DNA of 64,000 bases, from assembly GCA_031266025.1 (NCBI GenBank), contig JAISBV010000105.1, positions 5,986 to 69,985 of the forward strand. The letters are read 5' to 3'. Below, piece by piece: positions 1-11,415 of this stretch. The DNA is from Eubacteriales Family XIII. Incertae Sedis bacterium. Its GTDB lineage: Bacteria > Bacillota > Clostridia > Peptostreptococcales > Anaerovoracaceae. Below the pieces are notes generated by a model that made no database searches, was not told the origin of the DNA, and saw only the letters and a program-made list of their open reading frames with translations. A program made the translations under genes and the position numbers. Position 1 is the stretch's first letter, and the number at the start of each line of letters is the position of its first letter.

Positions 1-389
1 CCATACTCTCCGACAGGATTATCTCGCCCATACCCATGATCTCCCACAATCGCGGCGCGTATTTTTCAAACGCGAATTTCGGCGGCGTTACGGGCGGCGC
101 CATTACGGCGGGAAATATTTCCATCACATTGTACAATGATACGTTCAATGAGATACTCGGCGGCGCCAACATCACAAGTTGGTTCCCGGGGCTTTCGGGG
201 AACGGGCTTAGCGCCGTAGTTCCGCAGTATACGCCCGCGGGCGTTTCCACGCTTTCCGTAGTTATATCCGGAACGCCGGTAAACGCGTCGAACGACTTGC
301 TTTCGGCCGTCATTCCGGGCAGTGCGCTGCACAGCGGCGGCGACCTTGCCGTTTCACAGAACGCAAACGCGTTTTTCGATATACAATAG
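1..389 (+). CDS. C-terminal fragment of a hypothetical, probably secreted or surface protein. The reading frame is open to the window edge.
   Basis: The frame has no stop from position 3 to the TAG at 387-389. The sequence is G/T/S/N-rich and surface-protein-like. No recognisable motif. Confidence 0.35.
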   Translation, partial: ILSDRIISPIPMISHNRGAYFSNANFGGVTGGAITAGNISITLYNDTFNEILGGANITSWFPGLSGNGLSAVVPQYTPAGVSTLSVVISGTPVNASNDLLSAVIPGSALHSGGDLAVSQNANAFFDIQ

Positions 390-441
390 CAGTATTATCA
401 TAGTAATAACGGACAAATTGCCAAAAAGGAGAAGTGTTGAT

Positions 442-1866
442 ATGACTATTAAAAGTATCATAAAGATTTCGACGGCGGTGATCATATCCGTGTCGGTTTT
501 AGCGGCGACAGTCTATGCCGCAGCCGCGCCGCCCGATGTCGCCGGCAAGTCCTACGCGGCGGCCGTGTCGGCTCTTGCGGAGCTTGACGTCATTACGGGA
601 GATGTGGACGGGCTGTTCTATCCCGACTCCAATCTGACGCGGGCGCAGTTTTGCACCATTGTTGTAAAGGCCATGCGGGCGCCCGTCGCCACAGTCAACG
701 GAACGCCTTCGCAAAATGTAATGAAGAGCGGTTTTCCGGATCTCAGCGGCTACGGTTGGGCGGAAGGTTATATCTCGTACGCGGTCGACAAAGGCGTGGT
801 GACGGGTTATCCCGACGGCAGCTTCAGGCCCGGCAGCAACGTTACCATGAACGAGTTAATTACGATGACTTTGCGCGCGGCCGGTTACAGCGACGCATCG
901 CTTGGCGGCGTTTGGCCCGAAAACTACATAGCAAAGGCCGGCGATACGGGCGCGCTTGCGGGTCTGACCGCGCCGCTGCCCGAATACGCGACCAAGTGGA
1001 TGGCCGCGCAGCTTGTATACAATGTGCTGTCGCTCATAGAAGCGGCCAATCCGCCCGAACAAGAACCTTCAGAGGGCGACTCCAATCCGTCGGAATCGCC
1101 TGCGAGCGGCGCGCTTACATTTGTTTCCGGCGCGTTCGACAGCGACATTACGACGTTCGCCGGCAAACCCATAGCGAGTGACGCCAAAGTTCTGCGTTAC
1201 GGGCGTAAAGCCGACTATTCCAAAGATATGACGCTTTCCGAAAACAAAGACGATTACCTTGAGGATACCGTCTACAAATATAAGTCGGTAGAGACGCCCG
1301 CGTGGTATGAACTCAAAGGGGACAAGATCGCGCGTATCATCCTGCCGCGTGACGTCGGTTTTTCAGGCAGGGCTTACGGTGTGCTTAAGAATACCGTTCG
1401 CGTAACGGACAGCCAAGGCGGCGTTGCGGACGGCTTTGTAACGCTGACGGCGGGCCGAAACATAACTTGGGCGGGAAGTTCGGGGCTCGCGAACGGCGCG
1501 GTTCCGTCGAAGAATGAATACAGTAACGGACAACTCGTTGAGTTTCAGCTCAGAAACGGCGAGGTCACAAATGTGGCCGCCGTCGATAAGACGTTCGGCG
1601 CGCTCAACAGCAATATAGCCGTTGAGCTTGGCTCGAACAGTACATTTGCGGCCATAAAGAGCAAGACGGGCAGTGTCGTCGTCGTTGACGCCGGCAGCGA
1701 CGTCGTAGTCGAGATCAAGGACAAGGCCGTTGTTTACGTTTTAAGCGCAAACGGAGAGTATTCGGTGGGTTCATTGAGCAGCGTACGCGAAAAGGCGTTA
1801 GTTCGCCTGTACGATGTTTCCGACGACAAGGTCAAATCGGCCGACGTTGTGATTATTAAAGAATAA
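442..1866 (+). CDS. SLH-domain cell-surface protein
   Basis: ATG at 442 follows the RBS AAAGGAGAAG. The N-terminus is a signal/TM segment (IIKISTAVIISVSVLAATVYA). SLH-type motifs are present (LAELDVITGDVDGLFYPDSNLTRAQFCTIVVKAM; YAVDKGVVTGYPDGSFRPGSNVTMNELI). Confidence 0.8.
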   Translation: MTIKSIIKISTAVIISVSVLAATVYAAAAPPDVAGKSYAAAVSALAELDVITGDVDGLFYPDSNLTRAQFCTIVVKAMRAPVATVNGTPSQNVMKSGFPDLSGYGWAEGYISYAVDKGVVTGYPDGSFRPGSNVTMNELITMTLRAAGYSDASLGGVWPENYIAKAGDTGALAGLTAPLPEYATKWMAAQLVYNVLSLIEAANPPEQEPSEGDSNPSESPASGALTFVSGAFDSDITTFAGKPIASDAKVLRYGRKADYSKDMTLSENKDDYLEDTVYKYKSVETPAWYELKGDKIARIILPRDVGFSGRAYGVLKNTVRVTDSQGGVADGFVTLTAGRNITWAGSSGLANGAVPSKNEYSNGQLVEFQLRNGEVTNVAAVDKTFGALNSNIAVELGSNSTFAAIKSKTGSVVVVDAGSDVVVEIKDKAVVYVLSANGEYSVGSLSSVREKALVRLYDVSDDKVKSADVVIIKE

Positions 1867-1902
1867 CTTGTTAAAAATCATTGATGATTTGGGGGAAATT
1901 TA

Positions 1903-3012
1903 GTGATTGGTAAATGGAGAATAGCCGGGGCATGGCTTATAGCGGCTGTGCTTGTTCTTTCGTCTGCGGCGGTTTATGCCGGCGACAGAGCTGACGGATC
2001 GTTTTTTTTGAAAAATATAGTCGTGAACGGTGAAGAGATTGTAAATTACAATTTGCAATATCCATTCTTTCTGTACAACGATATAACATACCTGCCGCTT
2101 ACGGCGGACATCCAGGATATCTTCGGCTTTACGGCGGAGGTGAATACGGCGGCCGGCACGCTGAAGTTGAGCAAGACGCCGTCTACGCTGTCCAATATCA
2201 GGGACAATCGCGTGAAAAATAACGCGGAAGACGTGGTCGCCGAAGTAGAGAGCCGGCTTGCGGTTCACATAGTGAACGAAGAAGTTTTACAGGATTCGCA
2301 GGAAACGAATTTCGGCAACGTTATGCTGTATGAATTGGCGCCGGATAAAGACGCGGATCCTCTCGATATGGGCGAAAGCCCTGTATTAATGAAAGACAAT
2401 GTGATATATCTGCCGCTCAGGGCCTTTGCGGGAAGTGATGCTCTGGGTTGGAGTCTCTGCTATGATCCCTATTTCGGGATATGCGTCAGTACGAATGAAA
2501 ACATTCCCGCTCAGAGCTTTTTGCCTGCGCCGGAGGTTAATTATAACATGGGCTTGGCGCATTACATACTTTCCGTCAACAGCAACCTGAGCGCGAGTAA
2601 CGCGCAGGAATTGGTCTTCATGCTTCGAAGGGCCGCGGAGGTGAACGACATAGACGAAAAGATGCTGATGGCCGTTATGGAGAAAGAAAGCCGATTTAAC
2701 TCGGACGCCGTCAGCCGCTCGGGCGCTGTCGGTCTCATGCAATTCATGCCGCAGACGGCCGCGGGACTCGGACTCAGCGTCGAGCAGCTTTACGATCCAA
2801 AGACAAGCATAGACTATGGCGCGGCCTACATCAGCAGGAATATCGAGAATTTCGGCGGCGACGTCAATCTGGCTCTGTCAGCTTACAATCAGGGTTCCGG
2901 CAGCGTCAGCAGGGGAACGTATTCGAGGGGCTACGCCAATAAGGTACAGGCGGCGGTCGGGGATATAGACGCCTATCTCGAACAAGGCGGTTACGTTTCT
3001 GCGGAGCAATAG
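1903..3012 (+). CDS. Lytic transglycosylase (SLT domain) with an N-terminal copper-amine-oxidase-like stalk domain
   Basis: GTG start after GGGGGAA. SLT signature EKESRFNSDAVSRSGAVGLMQFMP...AYNQGSGSV. N-terminal signal peptide. Confidence 0.8.
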   Translation: MIGKWRIAGAWLIAAVLVLSSAAVYAGDRADGSFFLKNIVVNGEEIVNYNLQYPFFLYNDITYLPLTADIQDIFGFTAEVNTAAGTLKLSKTPSTLSNIRDNRVKNNAEDVVAEVESRLAVHIVNEEVLQDSQETNFGNVMLYELAPDKDADPLDMGESPVLMKDNVIYLPLRAFAGSDALGWSLCYDPYFGICVSTNENIPAQSFLPAPEVNYNMGLAHYILSVNSNLSASNAQELVFMLRRAAEVNDIDEKMLMAVMEKESRFNSDAVSRSGAVGLMQFMPQTAAGLGLSVEQLYDPKTSIDYGAAYISRNIENFGGDVNLALSAYNQGSGSVSRGTYSRGYANKVQAAVGDIDAYLEQGGYVSAEQ

Positions 3013-3106
3013 ACAGCCGTATCACGGCGTACAAAAACTTTGTCACAGGTCAGCAGGATACGAACTGCCAAAGCGGTCGCGGAAAATATTACGGAGTACA
3101 ATAACA

Positions 3107-6100
3107 GTGGTCAGAAGGTTGTACGTCGAGAAGAAAGAGGGTTTTGACACGGAAGCGCGCTCCTTGCGGCGCGCGCTTACGGAAAACCTGCATATCGCGG
3201 GTATAGAGAGACTCAGGGTTCTGAACCGCTACGACATCGAAAATATAGACGACGAAACATACGAAACCGCGAAACGGGGCGTTTTTTCCGAGCCGGCTGC
3301 GGATGTGGTTTACGAAGAAGACGCGCCGTTGGGCGGCGCGTTTGTCTTGCGCGTTGAATACCTGCCCGGTCAATACGACCAAAGGGCCGATTCCGCCGCG
3401 CATTGTATAAGGCTGATCAACGCGGCCGCCTCGCCTACGGTTCGTTTCGCGCGCGTAATAGCCATATACGGCAAGCTTTCTCATATGGAGACAGAAGCCG
3501 TGAGGCGCTTTGCCGTAAATCCCGTCGATTCTCGCGAGGCTGCGTCGGAGAAGCCCGATACGCTCGTTCTCAGTCTCGAATCGCCGCCGCCCGTGGCCGT
3601 TGTCGGCGGGTTCGTCGCGTTTACGGCCGATGAGCTTGAGATGTTCAGACAGAACGGGGATTACGCGATGAGCGCAGAGGACATGCTGTTCACGCAGCGC
3701 TATTTCGCGGATACCGAGCGCAGGGATCCGACCGTGACGGAGCTCAAGGTCATAGACACGTACTGGTCAGATCATTGCAGACATACTACGTTCAACGCAA
3801 GCTTCGCGAACGTCGGTTTCGACGACGGGCCTTTCGCCGATTTGGTTCGGAAGGCCTTTAATAAGTATTTGAACGTCAGGAACGAGGTGTACGGGGAAGG
3901 AAGCGAGCGTCCCGTGAGTCTTATGGATATCGCCGTTATCTGCGCGAAATACCTGAAAGGCCGAGACTTGCTCCCCGACCTTGACGAGTCGGATGAAGTC
4001 AACGCGTGCAGCATTCGCGTAAAGGCGGACAATGACGGCGCCGAAGAGGATTGGCTCGTCATGTTCAAGAACGAAACGCACAACCACCCGACGGAGATAG
4101 AACCGTTCGGCGGCGCCGCCACCTGTCTCGGCGGTGCGATTCGCGATCCTCTGTCCGGGCGCGCCTACGTATATCAGGCGATGCGCGTCACGGGAAGCGG
4201 CGATCCGCGCGCGGACATAGGCGATACCTTGCCGGGCAAGTTGCCGCAGCTGCAGATCACGCGTGACGCCGCCAAGGGATACAGCTCATACGGAAATCAA
4301 ATAGGCCTTTCCACAGGGCTTGTCGCCGAGATGTACGACGACGGCTATATCGCAAAAAGGCTTGAGATCGGCGCGGTGATAGGCGCGGCGCCCGCGGCCC
4401 ACGTCAGGCGCGGAGTTCCGGCGCCGGGCGACGTGATCCTGCTTGTCGGGGGAAGAACCGGCCGCGACGGCTGCGGCGGCGCAACGGGTTCTTCCAAGGA
4501 GCATACGGAAGAATCTCTCTCCGCTTGCGGCGCGGAGGTTCAAAAGGGAAATCCGCCCGCGGAAAGGGATATACAGCGGTTGTTTCGCCGTAAGGACGCG
4601 GCGCATTTGATCAAGCGCTGCAACGATTTCGGCGCGGGCGGCGTATCCGTGGCCGTAGGCGAGCTTGCGGCCGGTATAGACGTCGATCTTGACGCTGTTC
4701 CCAAGAAATATGAGGGTCTTGACGGCACGGAGCTGGCCATTTCGGAATCGCAGGAGCGTATGGCGGTTCTTGTCACAGGCGCGGACGCGGCGCGCTTCAT
4801 CGAACTTTCGGAAGAGGAAAACCTCGAGGCCGCCGTCATAGCGAGGGTGACGGATACGGGGCGCTTTCGCATGTATTGGCGCGGCGACGCTATACTCGAT
4901 CTGCGGCGTGATTTTTTGGACAGCGACGGCGTGCGGCGGAGTGTGGATGTATTCGTCGAAAACAGGAACGCCGGCGCGTATTTTGACGCGGATGGAGGCC
5001 GCAGACCGGCCGATTTTCTTGACGATCTGAACTGTTGCGGTCAGCGGGGTTTGACGGAATGTTTCGACAGCACGATAGGCGCGGGAACGGTGCTTATGCC
5101 GCTCGGCGGACTGTGGCAGGAAAGTCCCGCCTTGGGCATGGCCGCCAAACTGCCTCTTACTTCGGGCGAAACGCTCACGACCACGCTGATGACTTTCGGC
5201 TGCGACGTTAAGTTATCCTTGGCGAGTCCTTTTCACGGCGCGCTGTACGCCGTCGTGGATTCTGTTACAAAGATCGTCGCTATGGGCGGCGACCGCAAGG
5301 GCGTCAGGCTGAGCTTTCAAGAATACTTTGAAAAATTAGGCCAAAACCCCAAACGTTGGGGCAAACCCTTTTCCGCGCTGCTCGGCGCGCTCGAAGCGCA
5401 GCTTGCGCTCGAAATACCCGCGATAGGCGGGAAGGACAGCATGTCGGGCAGCTTTATGAACCTTGACGCGCCGCCGACGTTTGTCTCGTTCGCAGTGGGC
5501 GTGACGAGCGCGGAACGGGTGCTGTCGCCCGAGTTCAAAAAGCCCGGCAGCAATCTCGTACTTGTCGACGCGGAGCGCGACGCGGAAATGATGATAGACT
5601 TTGCGCAATACAGGCGCAACATGGATGTTGTAACGGCCTTGACCGCAGAGGGGCGGATACTGTCCGCTTCCGTGATCGGCTGCGGCGGCATATTCATCAC
5701 CGCCGTAAAGATGGCGGCCGGCAATCGCATCGGGGCGCGTCTTTTGAACGTCACGGACGCTGAATTGCGCTTGCCGCGCTATGGCGCCCTGATCCTCGAA
5801 ATAGACGAAGAATTCGACGCGGACGCGTTGCTTGGCGGCGTTCTTTACAGGCGCATAGGCGTAACGACGGCGCTTGCGGAGATATCCGCCGCGCATACCG
5901 CCGATGCGGATGTACCCGCGCTCAGGATGGGATTCGGCGAGATATTTTCAAGATGGGAAAGCCCGCTCGCGGACGTATTTCCTATGACGACGCCCGAACA
6001 ACCTGCGGAGAGCCTTAAAACGCTCAGATTCGATAAACGTTCATCCGTGCGTCCCGCCGTTCGCGCCGCGAGACCGCGCGTGCTGATTCCCGTGTTTCCG

Positions 6101-6868
6101 GGTACGAATTGCGAAGCGGACTCAAAGAAGGCTTTTGAAAAGGCCGGCGCGTCTGTTTCTCTTCATATTTTGCGAAATCTGACGCCGGAGATACTCGAAG
6201 TCTCGATACGCGAGCTTGCGCGCGGCATAGGTGAAAGCCAGATCGTCATGATACCGGGCGGTTTCAGCGGCGGCGACGAACCGGACGGTTCGGCCAAATT
6301 TATAACGGCCGTTTTCCGCAATCCCGCAGTTAAAGAGGCCGTGGCGGAGCTGCTCGAGCGGCGCGGCGGCCTTATGCTCGGCATATGCAACGGATTTCAA
6401 GCCCTCGTGAAGCTTGGGCTTCTGCCATTCGGTGAGATACGGGACGGCGCGGACGACAGTCCGACGTTGACATACAACAGCATAGGCAGACACGTTTCGC
6501 GCATGGTGCGGACGCGCGTGGCTTCGACGCTCTCCCCGTGGCTTTTCGGAGCGGCGCCCGGAGACGTACACACACTGCCCGTTTCACACGGCGAAGGGCG
6601 TTTCACGGCGCCCGAATCATTGCTTCGCGACATGGCTGATAAAGGACAAATAGCGACTCAGTATGTGGATTTCGACGGGAAGCCCACGAGCGATTTTCGT
6701 TTCAATCCGAACAATTCCGTCATGGCCATAGAGGGCGTATGCTCGCCGGACGGCAGGATACTCGGCAAAATGGCGCATTCGGAACGAATAGGGCCGCATC
6801 TGTACAAAAATGTGCCCGGCGATTATGATCAGAAATTGTTTGTGTCGGGCGTAGCGTATTTTGAGTGA
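3107..6868 (+). CDS. purL: Phosphoribosylformylglycinamidine (FGAM) synthase, single-chain large form
   Basis: 1253 aa. AIR-synthase-like repeats (DHCRHTTF, NHPTEIEPFGGAATCLGGAIRD). C-terminal glutaminase with GICNGFQAL and HGEGRF. Confidence 0.95.
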   Translation: MVRRLYVEKKEGFDTEARSLRRALTENLHIAGIERLRVLNRYDIENIDDETYETAKRGVFSEPAADVVYEEDAPLGGAFVLRVEYLPGQYDQRADSAAHCIRLINAAASPTVRFARVIAIYGKLSHMETEAVRRFAVNPVDSREAASEKPDTLVLSLESPPPVAVVGGFVAFTADELEMFRQNGDYAMSAEDMLFTQRYFADTERRDPTVTELKVIDTYWSDHCRHTTFNASFANVGFDDGPFADLVRKAFNKYLNVRNEVYGEGSERPVSLMDIAVICAKYLKGRDLLPDLDESDEVNACSIRVKADNDGAEEDWLVMFKNETHNHPTEIEPFGGAATCLGGAIRDPLSGRAYVYQAMRVTGSGDPRADIGDTLPGKLPQLQITRDAAKGYSSYGNQIGLSTGLVAEMYDDGYIAKRLEIGAVIGAAPAAHVRRGVPAPGDVILLVGGRTGRDGCGGATGSSKEHTEESLSACGAEVQKGNPPAERDIQRLFRRKDAAHLIKRCNDFGAGGVSVAVGELAAGIDVDLDAVPKKYEGLDGTELAISESQERMAVLVTGADAARFIELSEEENLEAAVIARVTDTGRFRMYWRGDAILDLRRDFLDSDGVRRSVDVFVENRNAGAYFDADGGRRPADFLDDLNCCGQRGLTECFDSTIGAGTVLMPLGGLWQESPALGMAAKLPLTSGETLTTTLMTFGCDVKLSLASPFHGALYAVVDSVTKIVAMGGDRKGVRLSFQEYFEKLGQNPKRWGKPFSALLGALEAQLALEIPAIGGKDSMSGSFMNLDAPPTFVSFAVGVTSAERVLSPEFKKPGSNLVLVDAERDAEMMIDFAQYRRNMDVVTALTAEGRILSASVIGCGGIFITAVKMAAGNRIGARLLNVTDAELRLPRYGALILEIDEEFDADALLGGVLYRRIGVTTALAEISAAHTADADVPALRMGFGEIFSRWESPLADVFPMTTPEQPAESLKTLRFDKRSSVRPAVRAARPRVLIPVFPGTNCEADSKKAFEKAGASVSLHILRNLTPEILEVSIRELARGIGESQIVMIPGGFSGGDEPDGSAKFITAVFRNPAVKEAVAELLERRGGLMLGICNGFQALVKLGLLPFGEIRDGADDSPTLTYNSIGRHVSRMVRTRVASTLSPWLFGAAPGDVHTLPVSHGEGRFTAPESLLRDMADKGQIATQYVDFDGKPTSDFRFNPNNSVMAIEGVCSPDGRILGKMAHSERIGPHLYKNVPGDYDQKLFVSGVAYFE

Positions 6869-6888
6869 AGGTTTAGGAGATCATAGAT

Positions 6889-7377
6889 ATGAAAGCAGCC
6901 ATTGTGATGGGCAGCAAGTCCGACTACCCGGTAGCAGAACGGACGGAGCGCATATTGAAAACCTTCGGCGTCGAGTATGAGACGCGCGTGATATCGGCGC
7001 ACAGAACGCCCCGCGCGGCCGAATCCTTTGCCTCGGGCGCCGAAGGGAACGGCATAGAGGTCATTATAGCGGCTGCAGGCAAGGCGGCGCATCTGGGCGG
7101 CGTTATAGCCGCTTACACGCCCGTACCCGTAATAGGACTCCCGGTCAAATCATCTACGTTGGACGGGCTTGATTCGCTGCTTTCCATGGTGCAGATGCCG
7201 AAGGGCGTTCCGGTCGCCACTGTAGCGATAGACGGGGCGGAAAACGCGGGTCTGCTCGCCGTGCAGATACTGTCGGTTAAGTACGGGGAGCTCAGGACGC
7301 GCATGAAGGCGTACAAGGAGGATATGGCGAAGGATGTAGCCGATGCCGACGCGGCTTTTTCGCGAGGTGAGCATTGA
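6889..7377 (+). CDS. purE: 5-(carboxyamino)imidazole ribonucleotide mutase (class I-like PurE)
   Basis: MGSKSD, ISAHRTP and [10 protein letters not shown] motifs. 162 aa. Confidence 0.9.
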   Translation: MKAAIVMGSKSDYPVAERTERILKTFGVEYETRVISAHRTPRAAESFASGAEGNGIEVIIAAAGKAAHLGGVIAAYTPVPVIGLPVKSSTLDGLDSLLSMVQMPKGVPVATVAIDGAENAGLLAVQILSVKYGELRTRMKAYKEDMAKDVADADAAFSRGEH

Positions 7378-7402
7378 CCGGTTACAGATAAGGAGATTTC
7401 AG

Positions 7403-8107
7403 ATGGAAAAAAGGGAGCAGCTTTACGAAGGCAAGGCGAAAAAAGTATTCAGAACAGACGATCCCGAGCTTCTGATCGTTTCGTACAAGGATGACGCGAC
7501 CGCGTTCAACGGACAAAAGAAGGGCCAAATCGCGGACAAGGGCGTCGTGAACAACATCATGTCGAATATCATATTCGGCATACTTGCGGACGCCGGCGTG
7601 CCTACCCACCTCGTCAAGCAGCTTTCGGATCGCGAAACCCTTGTAAAAAAAGTAACGATACTGCCGCTCGAAGTCATAATACGCAATGTGGCGGCCGGTT
7701 CCTTTTCTAAGCGTTACGGTGTGGATGAAGGCAGCCTTTTGGCAAAGACCGTACTGGAATTTTCATATAAAAACGACGAGCTCGGCGATCCGCTTATAAA
7801 CGACGATCACATACTTGCGCTCGGGCTCGCGACGGAGCGGCAGCTTGCGCAGGTTCGCGCTTACGCGTTCAAAGTGAACGAGGTCATGAAGGAATTTTTC
7901 CTTACCCGAGGGCTCAAGCTGATTGATTTCAAGATTGAATTCGGGCTCTGCGACGGAGAGATTATACTGGCCGATGAGATTTCGCCTGATACCTGCCGTC
8001 TCTGGGATGTCAAAACCAACGAAAAGATGGATAAGGACAGATTTCGCCGCGATCTCGGCAATGTCGAAGAAACGTACCGGGCCGTGCTTGATCGCGTGCG
8101 GGCTTAG
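7403..8107 (+). CDS. purC: SAICAR synthase
   Basis: Internal ATG at 7403 lies behind AAGGAG. N-terminus MEKREQLYEGKAKKVF, plus LPLEVIIRN and DEISPDTCRLWD. Confidence 0.92.
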   Translation: MEKREQLYEGKAKKVFRTDDPELLIVSYKDDATAFNGQKKGQIADKGVVNNIMSNIIFGILADAGVPTHLVKQLSDRETLVKKVTILPLEVIIRNVAAGSFSKRYGVDEGSLLAKTVLEFSYKNDELGDPLINDDHILALGLATERQLAQVRAYAFKVNEVMKEFFLTRGLKLIDFKIEFGLCDGEIILADEISPDTCRLWDVKTNEKMDKDRFRRDLGNVEETYRAVLDRVRA

Positions 8108-8122
8108 GCGCAGGGGGTTTTT

Positions 8123-9151
8123 ATGATCGGGTTAACATACAGGGACGCGGGCGTGGACACGAAAGAAGGCGAGCGCGCCGTTTCACTCATGAAGGAGCAT
8201 GTCAAGAAGACGTTCAATCCGAACGTGCTCACGGGGCTCGGCGGTTTTGGCGGCCTGTACAAGCTTGATACGGCGGGCGTTTCGGAACCCGTGCTCGTGG
8301 CCGGCACGGACGGCGTCGGCACGAAGCTCAAGATCGCTTTTATGACGGATCGGCATGATACGGTCGGCATAGATTGCGTCGCGATGTGCGTCAACGATAT
8401 ACTGTGTCAGGGCGCGACGCCGCTTTTTTTTCTTGACTATATAGCCGCAGGCAAGCTCAGGGCCGATAAGGCGGCGGAGATCGTAAAAGGCGTGGCGGAC
8501 GGCTGCCTGTCGGCGGGCTGCGCGCTTATAGGCGGCGAAACGGCGGAGATGCCGGGGTTTTACGCCGAAGGGGAGTACGACATGGCAGGCTTTGCGGTCG
8601 GAATAGCGGATCGCTCGCGCGTCATAGACGGCAGCGGCGTACGCGAGGGCGATCTTATAGTGGGACTCTCGTCAAGCGGCGTACACAGCAACGGTTTTTC
8701 GCTCGTTCGCAGGATATTCTTCGACCGGATGGGGCTTGCCCCGGACAGCGTCATTCCGGAGCTCGGCGCGCCGCTCGGCGAAACTCTGCTGACGCCGACC
8801 AAGATATACGCGGACGCCTGCCGCGCTGTTTTTCCTCATGTGCGGGTCAAGGGCATGGTTCATATCACGGGCGGCGGCTTCTTTGAGAATATACCGCGCG
8901 CTCTGCCCGAAGGTCTCGGGGTTTCCGTCCGCAGGGGTTCATGGGAAATTCCCGCGATATTTTCATACATAAGACGCTGCGGCGACGTCGATGAAAATGA
9001 GATGTTCTCGACATTCAACATGGGCGTGGGCATGATAATGATCGTTTCGCCCGGCGACGCGGCGCGCGTAACGGAGCTGCTCGGCAGAGCGGGTGAGAGA
9101 GCCTTCGTAATGGGCGAGGTCGTCGCGAAGGAGGGCGTACGCCTTTGCTGA
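8123..9151 (+). CDS. purM: AIR synthetase
   Basis: YRDAGVD, GTDGVGTKL, DYIAAGKL and GGETAEMPG motifs. Confidence 0.95.
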   Translation: MIGLTYRDAGVDTKEGERAVSLMKEHVKKTFNPNVLTGLGGFGGLYKLDTAGVSEPVLVAGTDGVGTKLKIAFMTDRHDTVGIDCVAMCVNDILCQGATPLFFLDYIAAGKLRADKAAEIVKGVADGCLSAGCALIGGETAEMPGFYAEGEYDMAGFAVGIADRSRVIDGSGVREGDLIVGLSSSGVHSNGFSLVRRIFFDRMGLAPDSVIPELGAPLGETLLTPTKIYADACRAVFPHVRVKGMVHITGGGFFENIPRALPEGLGVSVRRGSWEIPAIFSYIRRCGDVDENEMFSTFNMGVGMIMIVSPGDAARVTELLGRAGERAFVMGEVVAKEGVRLC

Positions 9152-9753
9152 ATATTGCGGTCATGGTTTCGGGCGGAGGAACCAATCTGCAGGCGATCAT
9201 AGACGCGGTCGAGAGCGGGCGTATAGAGGGCGCCCGTATTGTCCTTGTCGTATCGAGCAGGGCCGGCGCCTATGCGCTTACGCGCGCGTCGACACACGGC
9301 ATACCGATATTTGTAGCGGGCAAATCCGAATTTCCGGACGACGAAGAGCGCGGCGCTGCCATAGCGTCCGCCTTGCGCGAAGCGGGCGCGGATTTGATCG
9401 TGTTGGCCGGTTATATGAGCATTCTGAGTCCGCAGCTCGTCGGCGGATTTGCGGGGCGCATAATAAATATCCACCCCTCGCTGATACCCAAGCACTGCGG
9501 CATGGGCTTTTACGGAAAACGCGTACACATGTCGGTTCTTGCCGCAGGAGACGCTGAAAGCGGCGCTACGGTTCATTATGTGGACGAGGGCGTGGATACG
9601 GGCCCTATTATATTACAGGAGCGGGTTCCCGTCCGCGCGGGCGACGACGAAGACAGCTTGGCGGCGCGCGTCCTTGAAGTTGAGCATCGCATATTGGTGA
9701 GGGCAATAAATCGTTTAATTGAGAGCAACCGATTAAACAACAGTACGGTTTAA
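9145..9753 (+). CDS. purN: GAR formyltransferase
   Basis: TTG start behind GAAGGAGGG, overlapping the purM stop. [18 protein letters not shown] and INIHPSLIP motifs. Confidence 0.9.
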   Translation: MLNIAVMVSGGGTNLQAIIDAVESGRIEGARIVLVVSSRAGAYALTRASTHGIPIFVAGKSEFPDDEERGAAIASALREAGADLIVLAGYMSILSPQLVGGFAGRIINIHPSLIPKHCGMGFYGKRVHMSVLAAGDAESGATVHYVDEGVDTGPIILQERVPVRAGDDEDSLAARVLEVEHRILVRAINRLIESNRLNNSTV

Positions 9754-9793
9754 ACGGCAGTACGGAATGACAGGGGAGAAAGGAATCGAAAGT

Positions 9794-11335
9794 ATGGCGG
9801 CTTTCAGGGCATTAATAAGCGTTTCGGATAAGACGGGCGTCGTGGAATTCGCGAAGGAGCTTGAAGCGCTCGGCGCGGAGATTATATCAACGGGCGGCAC
9901 GGCGAAAACGCTCACGGACGGCGGCGTCAATGTTAAGAGCGTTTCTGAAATCACAGGCTTTCCTGAGTGCCTTGGCGGCAGGGTCAAGACGCTGCATCCC
10001 GCCGTACACGGCGGCATTCTCGCTGTGCGCGGCAATGACGAGCATATGAACAGGCTTGCGGAGCTTGGGATCGGAACGATAGATCTGGTCGCGATCAACC
10101 TGTATCCGTTCAAAGAAACTATAATGACGCCCGGGGTAACGCGGGAGGAAGCCATAGAGAATATAGACATCGGCGGGCCGGCTATGCTGCGTTCGGCCGC
10201 GAAGAACTGCGAGGACGTAACGGTTTTGTGCGATCCGTCCGATTACGGAACGGTCATTTCCGAGCTGAAATCAGGCGGCGTGTCGCGCGATACGCGCGCC
10301 CGTCTCTCGCTCAAGGTATTCGAGCATACGGCGGCCTATGACGCGACGATAGCCGCTTACCTGCGCGGCATTATCGGCGCCGGGCCGCCCGACAGGCTGA
10401 CGCTGACATTTGAAAAGCTTCAGGAACTGCGGTATGGGGAAAATCCGCATCAAGGCGCCGTATATTATAAGGACGCTACGGCGTTCGCGGGCGCGCTTAC
10501 GAATGCGAAACAGCTGCACGGCAAGGACTTGTCGTTCAATAACATCAACGATGTGAACGGCGCGCTTGCCGCGCTCAGGGAGTTCGATGAACCTGCGGTC
10601 ATAGCCGTTAAGCACGCGAATCCTTGCGGCGCCGCTGTGGGAAAATGTATACGCGAGGCCTATCTGAAGGCCTATGAGTCCGATCCCGTGTCGATATTCG
10701 GCGGCGTAATAGCGGCCAACCGTGAGGTAGACGAGGAGACGGCGGAGGAGATAAACAAGATATTTATCGAGATCGTCATAGCGCCCGGTTTTACGGACGG
10801 CGCCCTGAGTGTTCTGACGCGCAAGAAGAATATCAGGCTGCTCGCGCTCGCGGCCCCGACCGAGGCCGCCGCGCGCGCCGAGCTCGATATAAAGAAGGTT
10901 TCGGGCGGCATACTCGTGCAGGACGCGGACGACATACTTTTCGGCGCGGACGCTTGGACGCTCGTTACGGAAAAGGCGCCAACCGACGCCGAGCGCGCCG
11001 ATATGGAGTTCGGCATGAAGGTGGTCAAGCACGCCAAGTCCAACGCGATCGTAATAGCGAAAGACGGCAGAACCTTGGGTGTGGGCCCGGGACAGGTCAA
11101 TCGTATTTGGGCCGTGCAGAACGCCGTGAGACAGGCTGCGGGCTCGCTTGCGGGCGCCGCGCTCGCGTCCGACGCGTTCTTTCCGTTCGACGATTGCGTG
11201 TCCGCGGCGGCGGCGGCCGGAATCACGGCTATCATACAGCCCGGCGGTTCCGTGAACGACGTGGATTCGATAAAGAAGGCGAATGAAATGGGCATTGCCA
11301 TGGTGTTTACCGGAATTCGCCATTTTAAGCATTAA
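9794..11335 (+). CDS. purH: Bifunctional AICAR formyltransferase / IMP cyclohydrolase
   Basis: [19 protein letters not shown] and NLYPF motifs; the C-terminus ends [12 protein letters not shown] 9794 has better RBS spacing than ATG 9767, so the start is uncertain by 27 nt. Confidence 0.93.
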   Translation: MAAFRALISVSDKTGVVEFAKELEALGAEIISTGGTAKTLTDGGVNVKSVSEITGFPECLGGRVKTLHPAVHGGILAVRGNDEHMNRLAELGIGTIDLVAINLYPFKETIMTPGVTREEAIENIDIGGPAMLRSAAKNCEDVTVLCDPSDYGTVISELKSGGVSRDTRARLSLKVFEHTAAYDATIAAYLRGIIGAGPPDRLTLTFEKLQELRYGENPHQGAVYYKDATAFAGALTNAKQLHGKDLSFNNINDVNGALAALREFDEPAVIAVKHANPCGAAVGKCIREAYLKAYESDPVSIFGGVIAANREVDEETAEEINKIFIEIVIAPGFTDGALSVLTRKKNIRLLALAAPTEAAARAELDIKKVSGGILVQDADDILFGADAWTLVTEKAPTDAERADMEFGMKVVKHAKSNAIVIAKDGRTLGVGPGQVNRIWAVQNAVRQAAGSLAGAALASDAFFPFDDCVSAAAAAGITAIIQPGGSVNDVDSIKKANEMGIAMVFTGIRHFKH

Positions 11336-11415
11336 ATGTTGTTAGTTGAGCAGCTTTGATTAAAGTTATAATAAACTTTCGAAAAGTTTAGAATAAATAT
11401 CATTTAAGGAGAAGC

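Noticed and set aside
3013-3106. Purine or ZTP riboswitch upstream of purL
   Set aside because: No conserved cores were visible. I looked for the purine aptamer junction motif and for the GGGTCGTGAC...CCGCCTGGGC-type pfl motif and found neither.
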